Below, piece by piece: positions 60,190 to 64,000 of a stretch of DNA of 64,000 nucleotides. Source of the DNA: Oikopleura dioica (lineage: Eukaryota > Animalia > Chordata); assembly GCA_907165135.1 (NCBI GenBank), contig OU015570.1:124001-188000 (forward strand), given 5' to 3'. The notes beneath the pieces are model-generated. The model saw only the letters and a list, made by a program, of their open reading frames with translations, was not told the DNA's origin and ran no database searches. Positions within the stretch are counted from its first letter, which is position 1. Every line of letters starts with the position of its first letter. Both the position numbers and the translations under genes were made by a program.

Positions 60190-63100
60190 CTATTCGTCGT
60201 AGGAGAACTCTGCAGAGTTAGCAACAAGTTTATATGATGTACAGTTTGCGCAAAAATCAGTGTCATCGAACAAGCAGCAAAGATTGGGGCAAACGTTGTG
60301 GCTGATGGAAAATTCGATGAAATCACGGCTTCTTTTTTGTATCTCTATGCATTTGACCATTCTGATCGAAGCCATACTCGTTTGTATAGCATTTCCTGCG
60401 TTGTCTTTCTTTTGGAGCTTGGTCATCTTGTTAAAAACGCCGTCGTGGATGCGCAAAATCTGCAGGTCAGTTTGCTTCGGATCGTGCGCAAAATTGATGA
60501 AAATCCCATCGTCCTTGTCTTTGTCCTTCATCTTCTCGTTTAGTTGGAGAACATAGTCGCTCAGTTCGACAGACGGAATGCAAAGCCCGTTCATCTCATC
60601 GGCGCGCATTGCGATTTTAGCCCGCCCGCCAACGGCGTCTATTGTAGATTTGCCGTGGCGGGCTTGCTTGAAGACTTTAGTGATGGGCATTCCCCAGCCT
60701 TCGACATCACTGATGTCAGAGAGAACTCTCTGAGATTTATAGTCCTAAAGAAATTTATATCTGCGCAAAAATATGAACTCGTACCCCCGCTTGATCCGTG
60801 AGAAGAATCGCGCGTTGGAACTCATCGAAGATGTTGTTCTCCCTTGCGTACTGAATGGCCATTTGGAAGTGCTTTTTGACGACGTGCGGTCCTTTTTTTG
60901 CGCTTTTGATTGTATCGTTTCTCCAAAGCATCAGGGTTGAATTGAAGCGGATTCGATCCAGCTCGTTTTTTCGGACATTCGATAGCCCCAAAGAATAAGC
61001 GTATGAACAATTAGCTCATCTTTGTCTGCACCAGAGCGTAGCGTGTTCTAGACTTATTTTAAGATTGCGCAAAATAAAAATTAATTGAAGTTTTTAAAAT
61101 GCGCAGAATTATAGAGCGGCGAATGAAACTTACAGCTTGAGTTGAAGTTCCACCAGTCTTCCCAGCGGAAAATTCTCCAGCGAAATCTGCTTCAGCGGTG
61201 AGAACTTCTCTTGGGTGAACTTCGCCTGTGCAGAGCTTCGAACATAAATGCGCAGTTAGAATCGTTTGGGTTAAGTGACCAAGATCATCTCGCGCCAACT
61301 TTGTAAGTTCGATAATCAGACCCTAAAATTCTGTTAAATTTGACGAGAAAGGGATAAAACCTTAGCGGAATATGCTTTTGTTTGCGCAATATCCTTCAGA
61401 ACTCCATGATCGCGCTTTCTTGCCAGCTTCGACATGATTTTTGTCTTGAAGGTCATCATATCATATGGACCCTTGTCTTCCATGATTTCCTTGACTCTCT
61501 CATATTTTTTAAGAGTCTCGGAGAAATCGAGACTTGACTCTTCAGAGCATTGGCAAGAAAAGCTGGCGCAGGAAGAGAGAAATACTCCTAGGTCTTGGTA
61601 GAGCGGCTGTTTACATCCTTTCGAAGCCATAAGAAATGTCAGCGTTTCTTCTAGAGTGAGCTTTCGCGTGGTTATTTCGAGGTGAAAAAGAAGATCGGAT
61701 ACTAAATCGAAGGTAAGAAACTTTTGCGCAAAATTTTGCGCAAAGTTAAAATTGGAGCTTCCTCCTAAAAATGCGCATTTACCTCTTCCACAAATATTGC
61801 GCAGGTTGTAGCACGGTGGACAGATGCATGAGAATTGATCCTTTACGCGGGGCTCAACAAACATCTTAGGTATCAGGTTCTTGAAATGAAAAGCGGAAAT
61901 CTCCTCCTTGTCTTCCAACACTCGGCGCTTATTCATCTCTTCCCAGAGAAGAGTGAATTTGGTATGACAGAGACGACGACCGACGCGAATTTTGTCTTTA
62001 CCGTCCTTCACGAATTCCTGGATACCATAAAGGTTGCGATTTTGAGGACTCAGAAAGACTCGGAAGAAATTTTGGACGTATTTGCGCGGAGTCGGTGCTT
62101 GAATGCTTCGAAAACGTCGGTTTCTGGGCTTTCATCGCTCGAATAAAATAAGTATTTCAAGATATAGTGGATGTCCGCATCATCAATTTTGCGCAAGCGA
62201 CGGCCTTCTGGCTCCTCAATGTTATCCATATCATAAAGCTGCTTTTCTTTTAGCTCCAGCGCTTCTGCAAAATGACCTCTTGTCATGAGTTGAGGGTGGT
62301 TTTCTCTTGCGTATTTCTTCGAAATTCTATTGAAATATGAGAGATATTTCCGAACTGTTTCATCAGCGCAGCCTCCGAGAAATTCTTCTGGCAAGCAAGC
62401 TGCAAGGATCTGGATTTTTCCCTTCTTCGAAACAGAATGCCAGTGTTTCGCAATATGCGCATTGAAGGAGTTTTCAGGAAGATGAATTGCGCGTGTCTCA
62501 TAGAAGATGTTCATTTGATCACTCATTTCGCGCGATACTTTCTCAACCACTTTTTTCTTCGCGCCTCCAAGATGGCTCATTGTTTCTCCAAATGATTCTC
62601 TTGTCGAATTGAGAATCTCGTTTTGTTCATCTTCATCTGTTGAATTATCAATAGTCGCTTGAGGAATAAATTCCTGACTGGAACCGGAAGAACTATGCGA
62701 AGAAGACGAGGATCGTTCCGTTTCAGAACCAGCCTCAAGTCCTTAAATGACGATAAAAATTTTGCGCAAAATTAAAATGATTACCGGCTAAGTTTTCTGT
62801 CAATGACTGCTACGACTCAAAATTTTGCGCATTCTTATTGGCGTCAAGAATCTCTTTTGCTTTTGCGCAAAAATTGTAGTGGAGGAGAAGGTACCCATCT
62901 TTATTCAGGTTTCTCTCGCCGCAAAAAGAACATGTTGGTCCTTCTTGGAACTTTACGTGATTTCTGAGAGCGGAAACATCTATCTTCTTTGTTTCTTCGA
63001 AAATTTGTCGTGTTCTCTCGCATGCATTGTAGTGATCGAGAACATCTTGTTTGATGGAACCATGAAGCACTGCTTTTGCTTTCGTAAGAGTATCGCCGCA

Positions 63101-63199
63101 AACATGGCATTTTCTCAAGGGTTCTTTCGACGATTTTTTAATGTCCTTGTGACTTATGAAAACCTTCAGGCTTTCGTAATTTTCGAATGGGTACTGCAT
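60190..63199 (-). CDS. Spliced DDE transposase (Sola2-like) with two N-terminal C2HC zinc fingers
   Basis: CHVC..HYNAC and CSFC..HYNFC; SCICPPCYNL; ADFAGEFS; TDQAG|DYKS joined by intron 60745-60784; HGKSTIDAVGGRAK; further GT-AG introns 61048-61133 and 62742-62784 keep frame. Confidence 0.75.
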
Positions 63200-64000
63200 T
63201 TCAGTCTGAAAGTAAATCGTATAAAAGATGCGCAATATTTCTCTTGGATACAGGCTAAAGATTTAAGAAGAGAAAACGCAATCCTCGTGGGTGCTCTGCG
63301 GAGACGATCGCGCGAAGATGATCGCGCTGGAACAAGCGCGCTGATTTGATAGGCCAGAACCAATCATCAATGAGACAGATTTGAAATATCCGTTTTTGCG
63401 CATTATTTTTAAATAGAAGTATTAATAAATAAATGCGCAAATAGAAAAATGCGCAAATATATTTGTTGCGCAAATTTATTACGAAATAATATTTGACAGG
63501 GTTAAAAAAAGGTTGGAAAAGCGATAAAAAAGGGATTAAAAAGAGTTTTTGATGTCATTTTCTTAATCTACGCCAAAAACTACCCTAAGGCGATGATTTT
63601 ATTGAAAAATTTCAATTTCGAAAGAAAAGGGTTGAAAAAAGGGATGAAAGGGGTTGAAAAGTAGATGCTGACCTAGAGCTCGAGGAGACGATCATTTTCA
63701 TGTATCGCATGCCCCTCTAGCTCAGAGCACGTGGAAATGCGGGCGTAGGAGCGATTCGGTACTTTTGGGACTTCAATCACGTGCGATGACGTCATTATTT
63801 CGAAATTTTCAAGATTTTTTCGGTTTTTCTAGCGTAACTTTTTACGCTCTTTCGAATGAGCCAATAAAAAAGGGGGTAAAAATTTCACTCAGAAATCCTT
63901 ATCGAAAATCGTCTTTATTGATATCTTTTCTAGAAAGGTAGCAATATACCCTCATAAATTTAAGAGCTGAACAAATCAGTGTAGCTGAGTGAATAGTGAT

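Larger units (their letters stand above)
59108..63913 (-). mobile_element. DNA transposon with about 400-bp TIRs, Sola2-like
   Basis: 59108-59515 is the inverse of about 63507-63913; encloses a transposase gene; flanks TTTT/TTTA. Confidence 0.85.

Overview
This is an AT-rich eukaryotic window made almost entirely of transposable elements and their debris. About 40-bp introns and the element mix suggest a compact invertebrate genome, possibly an appendicularian; that attribution is inference only. No intact host housekeeping gene, rRNA, tRNA or CRISPR array is supported. Main contents: (1) a recently inserted 7.7-kb LTR retroelement (4781-12479) with identical 400-bp LTRs, a tRNA-Leu-type PBS and a PPT but no pol. 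It carries a spliced unknown ORF, a gag-like ORF and a TFIIB/Brf-like double cyclin-fold gene, which is the most striking observation. (2) An intronless three-Ig-domain (nectin-like) gene at about 28.6-29.5 kb. (3) A Ty3/gypsy gag-pol remnant whose Gag has a CCCH rather than CCHC finger (41-44.5 kb). (4) A 3.8-kb near-identical tandem duplication containing a second gypsy remnant, whose second unit holds two extra insertions (45.3-54.8 kb). (5) A 4.8-kb DNA transposon with about 400-bp TIRs and a spliced Sola2-like transposase studded with TGCGCA motifs (59.1-63.9 kb). (6) About 30 MITEs of hAT-, Tc1-, piggyBac-, Kolobok-, Merlin- and MULE-like type, many with readable TSDs. Most frameshifts fall in homopolymer runs, so several apparent pseudogenes may be intact in vivo. 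All coordinates were read by eye.
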